From positions 162,054-226,053 of the forward strand of contig MU619277.1 in NCBI GenBank assembly GCA_025201805.1: a DNA stretch of 64,000 nt, in the 5' to 3' direction. The notes under the pieces were generated by a model. It saw only the letters and a program-made list of their open reading frames with translations. It was not told where the DNA came from and made no database searches. Source of the stretch: Parasitella parasitica NRRL 2501. Taxonomy: Eukaryota > Fungi > Mucoromycota. The stretch's first letter is position 1. Every line of letters starts with the position of its first letter. A program made the translations under genes and the position numbers. Below are positions 1 to 13,492 of the stretch, one piece after another.

Positions 1-1904
1 TCTCACTAACATTTCAAATCATTTTAATGCAAGGGGCATCAATTTATTTCACTTCATAGGAATGTAAACTTCAAAAAAAAACTCTTAATTAAACTCCGCT
101 AGCCAATAGCTTTCGAGTGGTGTATTTTATGTATAAAAATAATGATTTTTGATAGAGAAATTCAAAAACCATGACAAGTACATTAAGAAACAAAGTATAA
201 AAGCAATATTACAACAACATTAGACATTCTAATTTTTCCATTCTATAAATGTTATCCGACCAAAGAAACATTGAAAATTACTAATATCAACACGACGAAA
301 CTTCAAACAAAACCATTCAATCCAAACTAGCAATTTATACAATTAACAGAAGATATCGAAAGTTTACATATCAGAATTGCATATAATCGATGATAGGCTT
401 CGATAAACAGCAAAATAAAGACTGTCTTATGGGCCATAGGATCAGGCATGATCATCGCTATTTGAGCATAACTTGGGTTCCACAGGGCGTTATGTATTTA
501 TTTCTAATCAGGTAATCGCTACGTATGTGAATCATTCATCGATAAGTTTAATGTATTTTTTTTGAATAGGTAGGGCCTAAATCAATGAGTGTATACAAAA
601 CTGTGCTGAAATGATAGAACTGCCCGTAAATAAGTAATTAAACGACACCTCTTACAGAATCACCTTAGAGATTGCTGACAGACAGATTACCTAATTATCT
701 AACCCTAAAACCAGAAAGTATTAATAAACAATGAAGAACCAACAGAAAGAAATCAACCCACAAACCACATTTGGAACGCATAGACCAATGTAAGGACTGG
801 TCCATGCATGTCATTTCCAAATGTATCAGAAACATCGATATTAGAATACCGTACCTGATTATGGAAAATAAAATACAGACAAACTCCAACATGGTCCGAC
901 TGACAGTTACGGCATAACTGACAAACAGACCGTTCACAACAACGAATATAAGAAGAGTAAAAATGTTTGGCCTTTGCACATTGTCTTATTTCCAAAATTA
1001 AGAAGGCAACAAATTGTATATTTTATTGTTTTCACACTTTTTACTACAAAGACATTTATTCATAACTATAAAATTACCGGTAACATTTAGCGTTAAATCC
1101 CGTCAGGAGTGGATACCATCACAAAGTAATCTAAATAATGGTAAGCATTGTATCTCATGGAACCTCTTAAAGAGCAATATACGTGCAAAAATTTTAATCT
1201 CTGGTACAAAGTTATTTCATGAATCATTTCGCACATCTTTTGACAGTAGATACTAGATGGCTATTTCGTTTCTAAATAACATCTAAAACAGCATGGCTAA
1301 AAATGGAAAGATGCATACTGATAATTGCTCCAATTGTTTCGGCTGGCAATAGTTCCTGTTTAGCAGATTTATTTCATAACATGAACGGAGAAGCTTTATC
1401 ATTGCCTATGATTATAAACGGACATGCAGTCTTTCATGTCTTGATACTTTTTCCAGATCTGTATATATAATCTTAATAAATACATTATATTTGCTTTTAT
1501 GACATTAATTGTTATGCTATATAATTTTAAATTTACAGTCATTGTATTATTTAAACACAATCTAATAACAAACAAAATAATCAATTAAATGAATCTATTA
1601 GATGAATCTATTAGATGAAGGTCAAAATTTAATTTATTTCTTTACTGCTATAACAATGAGTCTTTTGGTATTGAATCTTGAGGTATTTGGTATTGTTATT
1701 CGACAATGCAACCAAAATTAAACCTTGGCACACGCTATTTTTTCTGATCGCTCGTCCCTGAATCTTTTCCACTCGTAGCCCATTTTGTAATGGTACAAAG
1801 AGCTTGTTTAATGTGACTGCAGGAACCTATCAATTTTTTTACAACAATAAATAGAAGAAAAATAAGAGAAAACCTTTTTTTATTTTACATTGGCAATAAA
1901 TCAA

Positions 1905-3630
1905 ATGTCGAAAAAAATGGCCAAACCTCAGTACAACAATAACCGATATGGCAATGGTAATTATAATGATCCAAATCGAAGCTTCAAAAGGAATCTTCAA
2001 AAGAATCACAAAAAACATGGCGGAAATAATGGTCAGAAACAACAACCAGGCAAGAAAGTGGAAAAAGTTAACACAGCCATCAAAGCGCCTCTATTCAACA
2101 AATCCAAATTATTTTCGACTTGGAAAATCAATCAGAAAATCGGTCCGGGCTATGTGAATGGTCAAAACACATGCTTTTTGAACTCTGTTTTAGAATGTTT
2201 GACGTACACTCCCCCGCTGGCACAGGAAATGCTGAAGGAAGAGCATCACAAACAATGTCGCATGGATGGTTTTTGCGCTCTCTGCTCTATGGAGATTCAT
2301 GTCAGACGCTGTTTAAAGGAGGAAAAGAGCTTTTCAAAGGGTGCTGCTATCCTCCCAAGATATTTCACATCAAATTTAAAAGGTATAGTTGGTTAAATTC
2401 GTTTGATCTGCTTTGAGAGTCGGCTGACATTTTGCAACAAAGCCCTCTCAAAGACGTTACGTTTGGGTAGACAGGAGGACGCTCATGAATTCTACATGTT
2501 TATGTTGTCCGCATTCCAAAAGGCTTCCATCAATGGATTAGGGTATATGTTTGATGTTGCTAAGCCACTTTTAGATTGGCAAATTAACCTATTTGTTTCG
2601 TAGTAAATTGCCACCTAAAGTTGAAGAAACAGCTCTTGTGTATCAAATCTTTGGCGGAAAGCTTCGATCTCAGCTAAAATGCTATAGCTGTAAAGCAACT
2701 TCCAACAACTATGAAGCGTGCCTTGATTTAAGTGTAGATCTCACCAACAAAGCGGATTCTGTTGCCATGGCAATGGACAATTTCGTCAAGGTAGATGTTA
2801 TCGGTAGCGATGATCCCAGTAATAGATACAAATGCGATCACTGTAAACAAATGGTCAAGGCAGGGAAACAAATGACAATCGACCAACTGCCCATGATGCT
2901 TACTATTCACTTGAAACGCTTCGCTTTTGATATGTTTCGTGGGTGCATGCGTAAAATTACATCATATGTAAGATACCCAGAAATACTTGACATGGCTCCT
3001 TACACAAGTCAAGAAAAGAAGATAAAAAATGCTGAATACAGTTTATATGCTGTTCTTGTACATCAAGGCTATAGCTGTGATTCTGGCCACTATTATGCGT
3101 ATGTAAAAGCTCCTAATGGACAATGGAACCGAATGGATGACGAATATGTGGCGCCTGTGTCACTCAAAGAAGTGTTATCGCAAAATGCATACATGTTGTT
3201 CTACCAACAAAACAAGGCTTCAACACCCATTGCCCCTTCTACTAGCAATGTATCTAAATCAACAGTGATACCTCCAGTTCGTTTGGAGTTTTCTGAGCCT
3301 ACTATTAAGAAGGTTTTGGTCGATATCAATGCAAAGAAACAGCAAGCCATAACACCAAACCCGGAAAGAAGAGTCCAATTTATCGATCAATCTGCTGCAA
3401 TATCTGATAATCCAAGTGCTTGGTCAGTGAATTCGACAGACAGACCCCGTAGATCGTTACGAGGGAATTTATCACCGCCTACTTTCGCTGCAAATGTTGG
3501 CGACATTAGTGCGTGGAACACACGCACATTTGAAGATTATAGACTGAAAAAGCAAGAAAAACGAAGACGCCATTACCGAGCAAAGTTAGAAAAACGAAAG
3601 AATGCGTGGACCGTTGGCCGCCCTTATTAA
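1905..3630 (+). CDS. Ubiquitin-specific protease, USP36/USP42-like (peptidase C19); 3 exons
   Basis: Cys box GYVNGQNTCFLNSVLECL, GRQEDAHEF, LPMMLTIHLKRF, His box HQGYSCDSGHYYAYVK, NAYMLFY. Introns 2383-2442 and 2543-2603 (GT..AG) join the three ORF-track pieces in frame. ATG at 1905. Confidence 0.93.
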
Positions 3631-3889
3631 AAGCAATAGAGATTTTTGCCTCATTCTTTGACCATGTACATATATCTTACTATACAATGTGAAGTTCAAA
3701 AATCATATCCTTATTTCAATTAAAATTACAAATCCGAATTTTACGTATATTTAAAGCCTTAACTTGCTGTAATTTTTTATTCGATATAGATCAAATTCAC
3801 GTCTAATATGATGTAGCCAAACTTTCGTTAGCAAGAAGGGAAGAAAAGACTAGACGTCAAAACAAACTCTACATATATGCACTGTTTAT

Positions 3890-5214
3890 TCATAAATAAT
3901 CAGTATGGTTTGAAGTATTAATGGGTGTATTTTCTTCGTCTTCTTCCTTTTTAGGTGGTATAGGGGAAGGTGCCAGACTATAAACTGTAACACTGAAAAC
4001 GACAAGCGCATAGGCAATTGGGTAAAATGGAGGCATATGAGCATCTAGGAATAACAAACCAACGACTAACGAATAGCAATTACTTGTTATAAGGCTCAAA
4101 CTGAGAAAGGTAGCTCCGACCATACGATATACAGTAGGAACAAGAGAATACATGCAGAATAAGCAGATTACATATGTTGCTACTAGCGATACTGGTAAAC
4201 TAATTAGTTTTTGTTTGTTCTTTACTGAAAAACACACTTACGCACTGACCACGACCATTGGATTTGAATGACTTGATCAAATTCAAAATAATACCTGTTT
4301 ATACTAGAACATTAAAATTGTGCATTAATCATGCTTAAAAATCGCTTTTTACGCTTGCAAACCACAAAGAATACTGCCCCAAAATCCTGCTTTCCCCAGA
4401 AATTCCGCTGATGTATATTGTTTCACTAAATGTTCTTCTGTTACATTACTGATCGCATATAACGTTGCACTAGCTAACTATACAAAATCCACGATTAAAT
4501 ACTGGCATATTTGTCTTCAAAGATTTGAAATTTACACAGATTATATCTCCAATCCAACTATGATTGTCTGAAATGGATGTGAATAAACAATGCAATGGTT
4601 TTGAATATACAATAGCTCGGATAGAACGAAATGTCTTTCAACTTACTAGTGGCATCATCATCATCGATTGTATCGCCCCATATAAGCAATGCTAATCCAG
4701 CTAAACACACAAAAGCGCTTTGTACATGCACTTTATTGTATTTGGCATTGAGAAAATATGTAGAAAGTAACATGATGCATGGAATTGACCACGATGAGAG
4801 CACGAGAGCAGATAATACAGATGTGTTTTTAAATGCTAAAACAGCCAATACATTTCCTGCAAGCAGATTTGGTTGTAAATTACAGAATGTATTCACATAG
4901 TTTGCTTTCTACATACCATGGACATCAGCAAATGAAAATCCAAAGACTGGTGTGTGAATTAGTTGTCTTGAAATCAAAAATCATGCCGGCTACCTACATT
5001 TCCATGATAATTTCGACTTGAATGAAGACGCTTTACTTGTTGTGTAGACGGAATACACAATGGCTAATAAAATGTAGTTACAAAGGTTTTGGGTAAAGGG
5101 TATACTAATGGAGTGCTGCCTCCATAAACCTGACGAAGCAGAGCTTGTTCCAGTTATACAAAGAGATAAAAGTTGGCCTAAACCAACTGCTAAGACAGTC
5201 TGACGTTTAAGCAT
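3890..5214 (-). CDS. SLC35F1/F2-like (DUF914) drug/metabolite-type transporter; multi-exon
   Basis: N-terminus LGQLLSLCITGTSSASSGL..IPFTQNLCNYILL, then LSSWSIPCIMLLS and YSLVPTVYRMVGATFLSLSLITSNCYSL, which match SLC35F family motifs. Several short GT-AG introns. Confidence 0.85.
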
Positions 5215-5304
5215 ATTTAAACAAGAAAGAAAAAAGTCGACAAAAAACAGACAAAAAAAAAATTTAAATACCCAATTAAACTGCCCATTTTATTGAAAAT
5301 GAAT

Positions 5305-6927
5305 CTATTTAGACAAAAGGAACTTGTGAATGTATGGCTGGATTTTAGATACTGTGCCTAACGCTATGAGTCGACCTTTGGGGGATTTATAATACAGATA
5401 ATTTTCACCGCATAAGTGTCTTTTATGAATAGCGTTGTCTCCCTGGGAAATCCCATTGATCGCATCGTCAAAATCTTTGGGTGTTCCATAATCATGGCCA
5501 TTTATAATCACTCGATCAGGTTTATTCTTGACAGTAATGAAGCCATTGTTGTTGTCCATCAAGGTTTTTGGTTTAGCCATTTTTGGCCTTGAGTAAAATA
5601 AGGGTTGATTAGAGTCTCTTCTGCCTTGATTGCCTCCCCTGCTGTTGCTATGGTTACTATTGCAGCTATTGTTACTATTGCTGCTGCTTGTCGCCACTAC
5701 TGGTGGACCAGATGAGGTGACCATCGGCGGTTTTGATGAAGCCACAGGTAGCGGTTGTGATATCACAACACTAGGCAACTTCGCTTTTGTTTTATCAAAA
5801 AGTTGTTTAGACGTTGTAGCATTTTTTGATATTTTTGATCCAGGTTTACTACGATGACTTTTTAAAATTTGATTGGCATCCTTATCCAAGGATCCTTTTT
5901 GCTTCAATCCATTGGGTTTTGTTGTATTAAAATCCATCTTTTGTTTCAAAACATTCAGTAAATGCTGCGTGGTGTGATGAGCACTGTTTAAGGCTTCTCT
6001 CTGTTGATCATTCGCTTGTCCTCCAACAAGCTGTCTATACTTTTCTTTTTCTTTTTCTTTTCCTTTAAATCTTGTATCCTTTCTTTCTACGGCAATTTCT
6101 GGTTGTGTGGGTGCTGAGAGTGATAGTGACGGCAGTGGTGTATCGTCTGGAATAGCTGCCAAATTTTCTTTTTGAATCTCTTGCAGTTTTTTATACTGTA
6201 ATGCGTGGATTTTTCTAAACTTTGAAAAGTTTTTCTTGTATTTTTTCTGCATCACAAATTAATATGTATCTGCAATGTTGTCAAGCTTCTTACCTTCAGT
6301 ATCATTGAGTATTTTTCTTTGCGGCTCTGAATAGCTTCGTCGCCATTACCGTCGTGCTTGTCATCTACATTGTTTAAAGGCATTTCATCTTCACTGGTGT
6401 CCATATCATCGTCTGAGGGACCTTCTGGTCGTATTGGCTGTGGCGGCGATAGCGCTAGGGGGGTTACCTCTGGAATTTCTTCATCCAACACTTTTGTCAT
6501 GACAAAATCTTGCTGCATAGGGCTTGCCATATCAGGAATCATGGTGAGTAGCTCCATTATCTGCGCATCGTTTTTCACTAGGAAATCTGGGCCACTGATC
6601 AATTCACATGCAATTTCTGACGGAGGAGTGATGGACAGGTCGTCTTTGAAATTGGTAGCGAAATCCCTGCGGTATTTATCAAGTTCTGCTATTTGCTGAT
6701 TTAAAAGTCTTTCTCGTTGTCTGGCATGCTGCTTCATGTATATGGCTCTCAATCGCTTTGGGTTCACCTTGCCAGCAGGTGTATCAGCAGGCAGATAGAT
6801 TTCCTCGTTGCTATTGAAAAGGATCAGTCGACACCGTCAGTTATGTGTTTAAGTTGACTAGTATTTACTCTAAATCAGGCTCTTGGAAGACGAAAAAAAG
6901 ATCATTTACAGATACTTTGACTCCCAT
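5305..6927 (-). CDS. Hypothetical basic, low-complexity protein; at least 3 exons, 5' end provisional
   Basis: ORFs 6252-6767 and 5305-6255 are joined by a GTAAG..CAG intron near 6247-6293. An upstream exon MGVKVSVNDLFFVFQEPDL splices in frame to NEEIYLPADTP. No family recognised. Confidence 0.7.
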
Positions 6928-7570
6928 TCATGTAATGATTGTACTGTTGGTGCTAAAGAAGTGGCTATACATTTCTGAGGAGAATTTTGTATGGGCAGAC
7001 GAGTCACATCCATATCCTGAGCACACTTTTGCATGAACCTATGGCTCGAGACACTCTAACATTGTAAGATAATCGTATTGACTGGGAAACAAGAGTTAGA
7101 ATTCAAAAACAATTCCAAAATCTACAGGGCCTTGTAATCATGATTTTGCTATGCGTCTTATTCTGTCTTCTACTTGAGTTCAATTGAGGAATACAGGCAT
7201 GTAATGTTTTCATTTGTTACGAAATGTCTGCTAAAGACTGTGATAACAAGGAACATCATTTTCAAATGTCCACAGCAGTGCAGTGATTTAAAAAGTGTCG
7301 CAAGTACCTTTGGGTAATGAATATCATCTGAGAGTAAAACTTTAAACATTTGGGTAGTGTATGGCAAAATAGTTTTCTGTTTTGTAATATCAAAAGCCTG
7401 AGAAAATTCATTGACTTTCTGGGAACATAATACTTGAAGTAGTAAAAAATTGACCTCAAATGAGTAAATTTTGTTAGAATTGACATTCAAGACGCAAAAT
7501 GACTCTATAAAAGGTCTGATTTTTCCCCACGATCTTTTCCTTTCTTTTTTATAAATTCATAGCAAAAATT

Positions 7571-9266
7571 ATGGCTGCACCCATTCGAAAAGATCCCCTC
7601 TCAATTCTATCAATAGATGAAAAAAAATCATTAAAGGATCAATTAAAGAAATCAAGATTATTTTCTTGCTTTGCAGGGGCAGTTGTGTTGTTTGCATCAT
7701 TTGGCATCAGACAAACCATTGGTGTCTTCCTCGTTCCAATAACTCAAAGCACCGGCTGGGACAGATCAACGTTCTCTATAGCCGCTGGCATATTTCAGCT
7801 CTTTTGGGGATTTTCGCAGCCATTTTTGGTCTACCTTGCCGAAAGAAAATTTGGGTTCGGGAAGTCCATTTTTGCTGGATGTCTATGTTATTCTCTAGGT
7901 TTGCTCATTGTGTATGCCTCGCCAGTGTCATCTGGTTTATTTATCTTTGCGTACGGAATAATAGTCGGTACAGCTGCTGCCAACGCTTCATTTCCTGTTG
8001 TGTTGGCGTCCATAGGCCAAAGATTTGCACAAAAATCAAAGGAACAGGCGATCGCGTTTGGAATAGTGTCCAGTTTTGGCAGCTTGGGTCAAGTCGTATT
8101 TTTGCCAGTAGCAAGAGAAATGGTTGTTGCTATGGATTGGAGACTCTCATTTATTGTTCTCGGTAACTTTGATGTGTTCATTTGCCCAATTCTATGTTGA
8201 CCAGATTATACCGTGTTAGGGGTTTTTATGGGGGTCATTTCGCCATTAGCATATTTTCTGCAGACAATTCCTCCTCCTAAACCTGCTAAACCAACAGTAT
8301 TGGGTGAGATAGAAAAGCTCGATACTACAAACTATAATGAAAAAGACCAAGAGCAGTATTTGGAATCACAGCTGGAACAAAAAGGCATAGATAAAATTGT
8401 AGAGAGTTGTGAGGCTCCAAATATTAAATCAGCTTTGAAGCAAGCGTTTACTTCACCTACATTTTTAATGATCACATTGGGTTTCTCAGTTTGCGGGTTT
8501 CACGTTACATTTCTTGCAACACACTTTCCTGCATATCTGGTAAATATAACTAGCCTGTCTAATCTCAATGTTTAACTTACATTTATAGCAAGATCAAGGC
8601 ATTGACCCTTCTTTGGCTGGTAAAAACATCAATGTTTTTATAAACAGACAGATACAAATAATTAATCTATCATCATATAGCTTGGACCATATCTATTCTG
8701 GGCGCCGGTTCCATGATAGGATCGATATCTGCTGGCTATATCACAAGCTATATTAGCCCTCGTATAACTCTGACTTTTGTTTATTTACTTCGAGCCATTC
8801 TAATCGCAATTTTTGTGTTTCTGCCAACAACAACAACAACAGCGATCGTATTTTCTTGCTTGTTTGGAGTATGTAGTAAATCAGTTGAGATTATTTTATT
8901 ATACGGTAGGAAAAGCGTTACTGATTTTTCTCAATAATGACGAATAGTTTCTGTGGCTCTCGACCGTGCCTGTTACAACTAAATTTATCGGCGATGTATT
9001 TGGCCATAAATTCCTGGGCACCTTGACATCTGTCAGTTTTGCAGGGCATCAAATAGGGTCATTTTTAGGCGCTTATTTAGGTATGAAAGTCAAAATTTAA
9101 AAATAAAAAAAAAAAAAATATTGACATAAAAAAAAAAGGTGGCGTGGTCGTTGATGTGCAAAGAAGTTATACGTCGATGTGGTATGGATCATTAGCATTA
9201 GCTTTACTAGCCGTAATTGCAAACTTTTTTGCAGAGGGTCTTCCTCGATTTGAAAGAAGAAAGTAA
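7571..9266 (+). CDS. Major facilitator superfamily transporter (MCT/OFA-like); multi-exon
   Basis: FGIRQTIGVFLVPI..GWDRSTFSIA, GFSVCGFHVTFLATHFPAYL, GHQIGSFLGAYLGG motifs; many hydrophobic helices. Ends ..PRFERRK* at 9266. Confidence 0.9.
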
Positions 9267-11098
9267 TCATGTACTCAATCATTATATGCAGATAAATCAT
9301 CACAAACCTATTACAAAAATCAACACAACTATTTATTTGGTTTTTAAAATTATCAAGCTTTTTGATTGTAATTGGACAGATACGAATACGGGTGCGACAC
9401 TCTTTGCTTTTGCTGATTAGATATCGCCACGATAAGGGCTGCCTGATGCCGTATGCGGATCAGTTTTTTTCTGCAGAAGTAACGTTTTTTTTCAGACCAC
9501 AACTTCTGCTAAATGGAAAGCTTTAGTAATATTACGCTTGACTATGAAAGCCTTATTAAGGGCCATCTCATGCACACGTTAATTTCGTTTGATATTGTGC
9601 CGTACAACCTATAAATTTGTCTGCGAAAACGGCTACAGTTGTGGGCAAACCATCACTTTTAAAACACAAAGCACTTTTACATTCAACGAGCTGGTCTGTA
9701 GTGCTTCAGGAAGCTGCTCAAAAGTCTAAATATTACTCCTGTTCACATACTGACGCCAATCTCGTGTCACTGAGATATAGAGGTTTGAGCCACCTTATCA
9801 TCTTGCCTGGCGAGGTAACTCATATATTTTACTCATTTTCACCGAGAATTTTGCTCATCAGTAGATATTTTTATTCTCGCAAAGAAAGGTTTATTATTAA
9901 GTTACTTGATCATAAATCGTCAAGATTATACTTCCATGAATTAATTTGCATGAGTAATTTCACTGATAAGCACACGAGCGAGACACCTTGATTTCAAATT
10001 GTAAAAACATAGGCTCATGACCCGATAACAACGGTAAAATCACATATCTCATTAATCAATTATTTGAACAAAATACAAACCGCTGTATATAAATGTATGC
10101 AGGAAACTGAATACAAAGAAGAGAATCTCGACTTTGCAAGTGGAAGTGATTATATACAGAATCCGATACTACAGATGAAAACACAGACGTTATCTCTCAG
10201 ATTTAAAGAATCTGTTCAAAACGTGAGAAATTCCGTCAAAATGAGAAAAATGAAATGCTTCCATATTCCAAAAGAAAAGTTACGGTGGTGATCTAGGTGG
10301 GGGAGAGGACAATGATGATCAAAACAGCAAAACTTAACACACAAAAAGAACGGTGCATGTGGGTCATATGATTTTACATATAGAAATGTGGTATATTTTT
10401 GATTTTTGTGTTGTTGAATCTGGATTTTGCGCTATCGTGCTATATATTTATAATACTACCTCAAACCTATGACATATTGCAGATATTTTCATTTTCTTAT
10501 TTGATCGAAGTTGGCCCTAGCGACGTCAATTTAGGGGCCAACATTTAGTGTGTATCGGATCCTGTAAAAGCTGTGAAACATGGCAAAGAGATGCCAACAT
10601 ATTATATGGGATTGTTCGGAGCGAGATATACAAGATGGGCACGAGCACGCTTTCTGAAATGGAAAAGAGAAGGGGTGAAGCCCCAACAGAAAATTTGATA
10701 CATGAACATTTGATACAGGAATCGAATGAAAACATAAAAGCCTCTTTTTTTCAGCAAGCTGGCTCCTTTAAAGGGAATTGTGTTCTTTGTTGCTGAGTTC
10801 GACCCCGTAAAAATAGATTCATATGCCTTTTGTCCCGATAATGGCCATCCAGCTTCAGATCTAGGCCACAAGCACGCAGAAAAATTTTGTATAAAAGGGG
10901 AGAGGGATTTTCATGTAGTTTCTTTTTTTTTGTTCACCAGCTACTTCATCTCATTTACTCAAAAAATATTCAAAATTTTCTACTACTTCTCTAGAAATCT
11001 AATGAGAAGTATAGTTATAACGTATTCAACAGCATTCACAACAGTTTCTTCGTTATTCCATCCACCCATCTTAATTAATAATTAAAAATCCATTCAAA

Positions 11099-11671
11099 AT
11101 GGCCAATTTCCCTCACTGGATCAATAAAAAATCAAGCACTGTTACTACAACAACCGCAAGTACCTTATCGCCAAGACAAGTAGCCAACAAAGCCTATTCA
11201 CTTGCCATCAAAAAATTGGACAGGGATGACAACCGTCGCAGACCACATTACACTGTGCGCGAAAGACTCTTGTTATCGCATACAATGACAAAGGCAGAGG
11301 ATTTGTTGAACAAGCGTACCGCTCGTTCTAACCGCAGAGTATTGGCTTCTGAATTTGACGACGATGTGATTACTTGTCCTTCTACTACAAGCATTCCCCC
11401 ACCGCCGCCCATTCAAACACCACAACAACCAGAAAAGATTGTTACAAAAACATCCGCATCCACATCCTCAGCATCGTCTCAACCGTTAGAGTGTACAGCA
11501 GCAATGCCCTCTGCTGAACACATGGCAGTTTCAATTGCGGTTGTGGCTGCGGTTGCATACAATTCACTTGTTGTAGCCACAGTCAACGAAAACCAGCAAA
11601 GCTCAGCATCATTTTGTAGATCTATGATGATACCATCTCATCCAATGGCGCCTTTTAAAACCATAGTGTAA
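11099..11671 (+). CDS. Intronless 190-aa protein with a SERTA/Ecm13-like helical motif
   Basis: Clean ATG..TAA ORF, TATAAAA at 10890 and AATAAA just after the stop. Motif AYSLAIKKL..VRERLLLSHTMTKAE; the family assignment is inference. Confidence 0.7.
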   Translation: MANFPHWINKKSSTVTTTTASTLSPRQVANKAYSLAIKKLDRDDNRRRPHYTVRERLLLSHTMTKAEDLLNKRTARSNRRVLASEFDDDVITCPSTTSIPPPPPIQTPQQPEKIVTKTSASTSSASSQPLECTAAMPSAEHMAVSIAVVAAVAYNSLVVATVNENQQSSASFCRSMMIPSHPMAPFKTIV

Positions 11672-13492
11672 TGCATTTTCTAATAAATATTTATTTGTCT
11701 ACATTTATTGTCGTTATTATTACATGCACATGTAAAGGAGAATATATTACTATACGGCTGCTGGCACATGTAAGGTCCGATTTCATCCGAGGTTAACTCT
11801 GATATTACCCCGGATTCTTGAACAGTGTGTAACAAAGATCTGCTTTTTCTTTTTCTTTTTTTTTTGTACAGGTGTAGACAAATGTGCTCGTAAAAAGAGT
11901 CATGTTTTTAATTTGTCTATGTGGTGAACCCCTATTTGATTGTCATGCCAAGAAGGGTTTTCTGTTATACAAATAAACAGATGATGAGCTCAAAGCTGTC
12001 ATTCCGAGGAACACACAAATATATACACATACAGTCAAGGTGAGTCATTTTGCTGTTCGGCATCCCATATCAGATATGAGCCGAATGCACCAAGCCCAAT
12101 TCCTTGACAAATGTTGCAAAGGAGGAATTTTTCCTCTTAAAATAACCCGCAATTAGCGTTAATCCCTCAAGCTGAAATCACCTCTTTATCTTGATAATGT
12201 GCTCATTAACAAACAATACTGATATTGGTTTAATCTCAATGAGGAAATCATGTATGCTTTATTGCTCCCTAGACTTTGTCAATTAATTTATGAAGTTTTT
12301 AAAATATATTTTATTGTGCTAGTACGTTAGCCAAGTATACCTTCGTCATGTACAAGTTGTGTCTATATACCAGGATGTACCCAACAAATCATATGGTTTC
12401 TGCTACAAGAGAATCACAGTTACAATATTACGTCAAGATTCAAGCAGCTTTAATTTAAGAGTTTCTTTTAAATAAAAAAAACACGGCGGGGCGGTCATGG
12501 CCGTGAATTATACTAGATGAGATTTAATAAAAATTTTGGAAGCATTCACATCATTGTTGCCACATATTCCGCACTTTTAGCAAGCCAGAACACTGCTTAA
12601 ACCAATGATGGCTTCAGTAAGGCACGTTTCGTTGCAGAAATTGCAAAGTGCTAAATGTAATGTATAATCAAGACATAAAATTAGACTGAAGCATTATCTA
12701 AGACGTGTGAAATTCATTCACATATGATAACAAAAAATGGCCAGATTTCTGTCTGCCTATGGCACCAGTTTCAAAGCCTTTGATCTTCGTAGCATCTTTT
12801 AGTTGAACATACCATTACCAAAAACAGACGGTGGAAAGTGGGCATTTATCGTATTTGAATGGGTTTAGCTTATAGCATTTAGTGCCTCTGCAAAGAAAGT
12901 ATCGAAATGAATACATTAATTACTATTAATATTCGAGCTTGTTTGGGCTTCCCGTGTATTGCTACACTATTGTCCACTTTTCTTTGTGTACGCTTTTTTC
13001 TGCCTTTTTTCTGACCTTCCTATTTTTCTTTCATGGTGTTTTGTTTTAATTTTTTGTACTTTCTGCCATATCCATTTCTTGTCCAGCCCTCTGTGAACCT
13101 TGATATAGATAGAATCTGCTTTTAGCCGTACAGTGTCGATTACAAGCCAAAATTTTTGGAAGGTGCAGCAAAACATATGTAACGTAGAATGAAAATAAGT
13201 TGGAATATTTCCAAGAACGGCGTCCATATCCTCAGCATACACTCTTACGAGTTTCCGCTTTATATATTTCTTTGAAGCAGTGTATGTAAAGTGTTTCTTG
13301 TGAGAAATCAAGCAGCAAACACTTGGTTTTGATTGGGGTTGATCGCACGGAGAGAAGCATCTACCATTTCTTCATTCTTCAAAGCATCTCCCAGAAAGGA
13401 AATGTTAAATTCTGAAATTTAAAGAACTGTAGTTGACATTTGTATTATTGACTCTTTCTTTCCTGTTCCCTTTTTCCTCTTTCAAACAAAAT

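Noticed and set aside
1-1700. AT-rich start with stop-riddled frames, an intron-like GTATGT..TAG (~523-569) and a 13-bp tandem duplication (gaatctattagat, ~1591-1616)
   Set aside because: Probably decayed sequence, but no family or boundaries could be assigned.
9443-9470. Hairpin CTGAT-CCG..CGG-ATCAG followed by T7, resembling an intrinsic terminator
   Set aside because: Eukaryotic context, no Pol III A/B boxes recognised upstream, and short enough to arise by chance.
12967-13311. 114-aa minus-strand ORF, and the many ORFs antisense to real genes
   Set aside because: Non-ATG starts, biased composition, or shadow frames of genuine CDSs.
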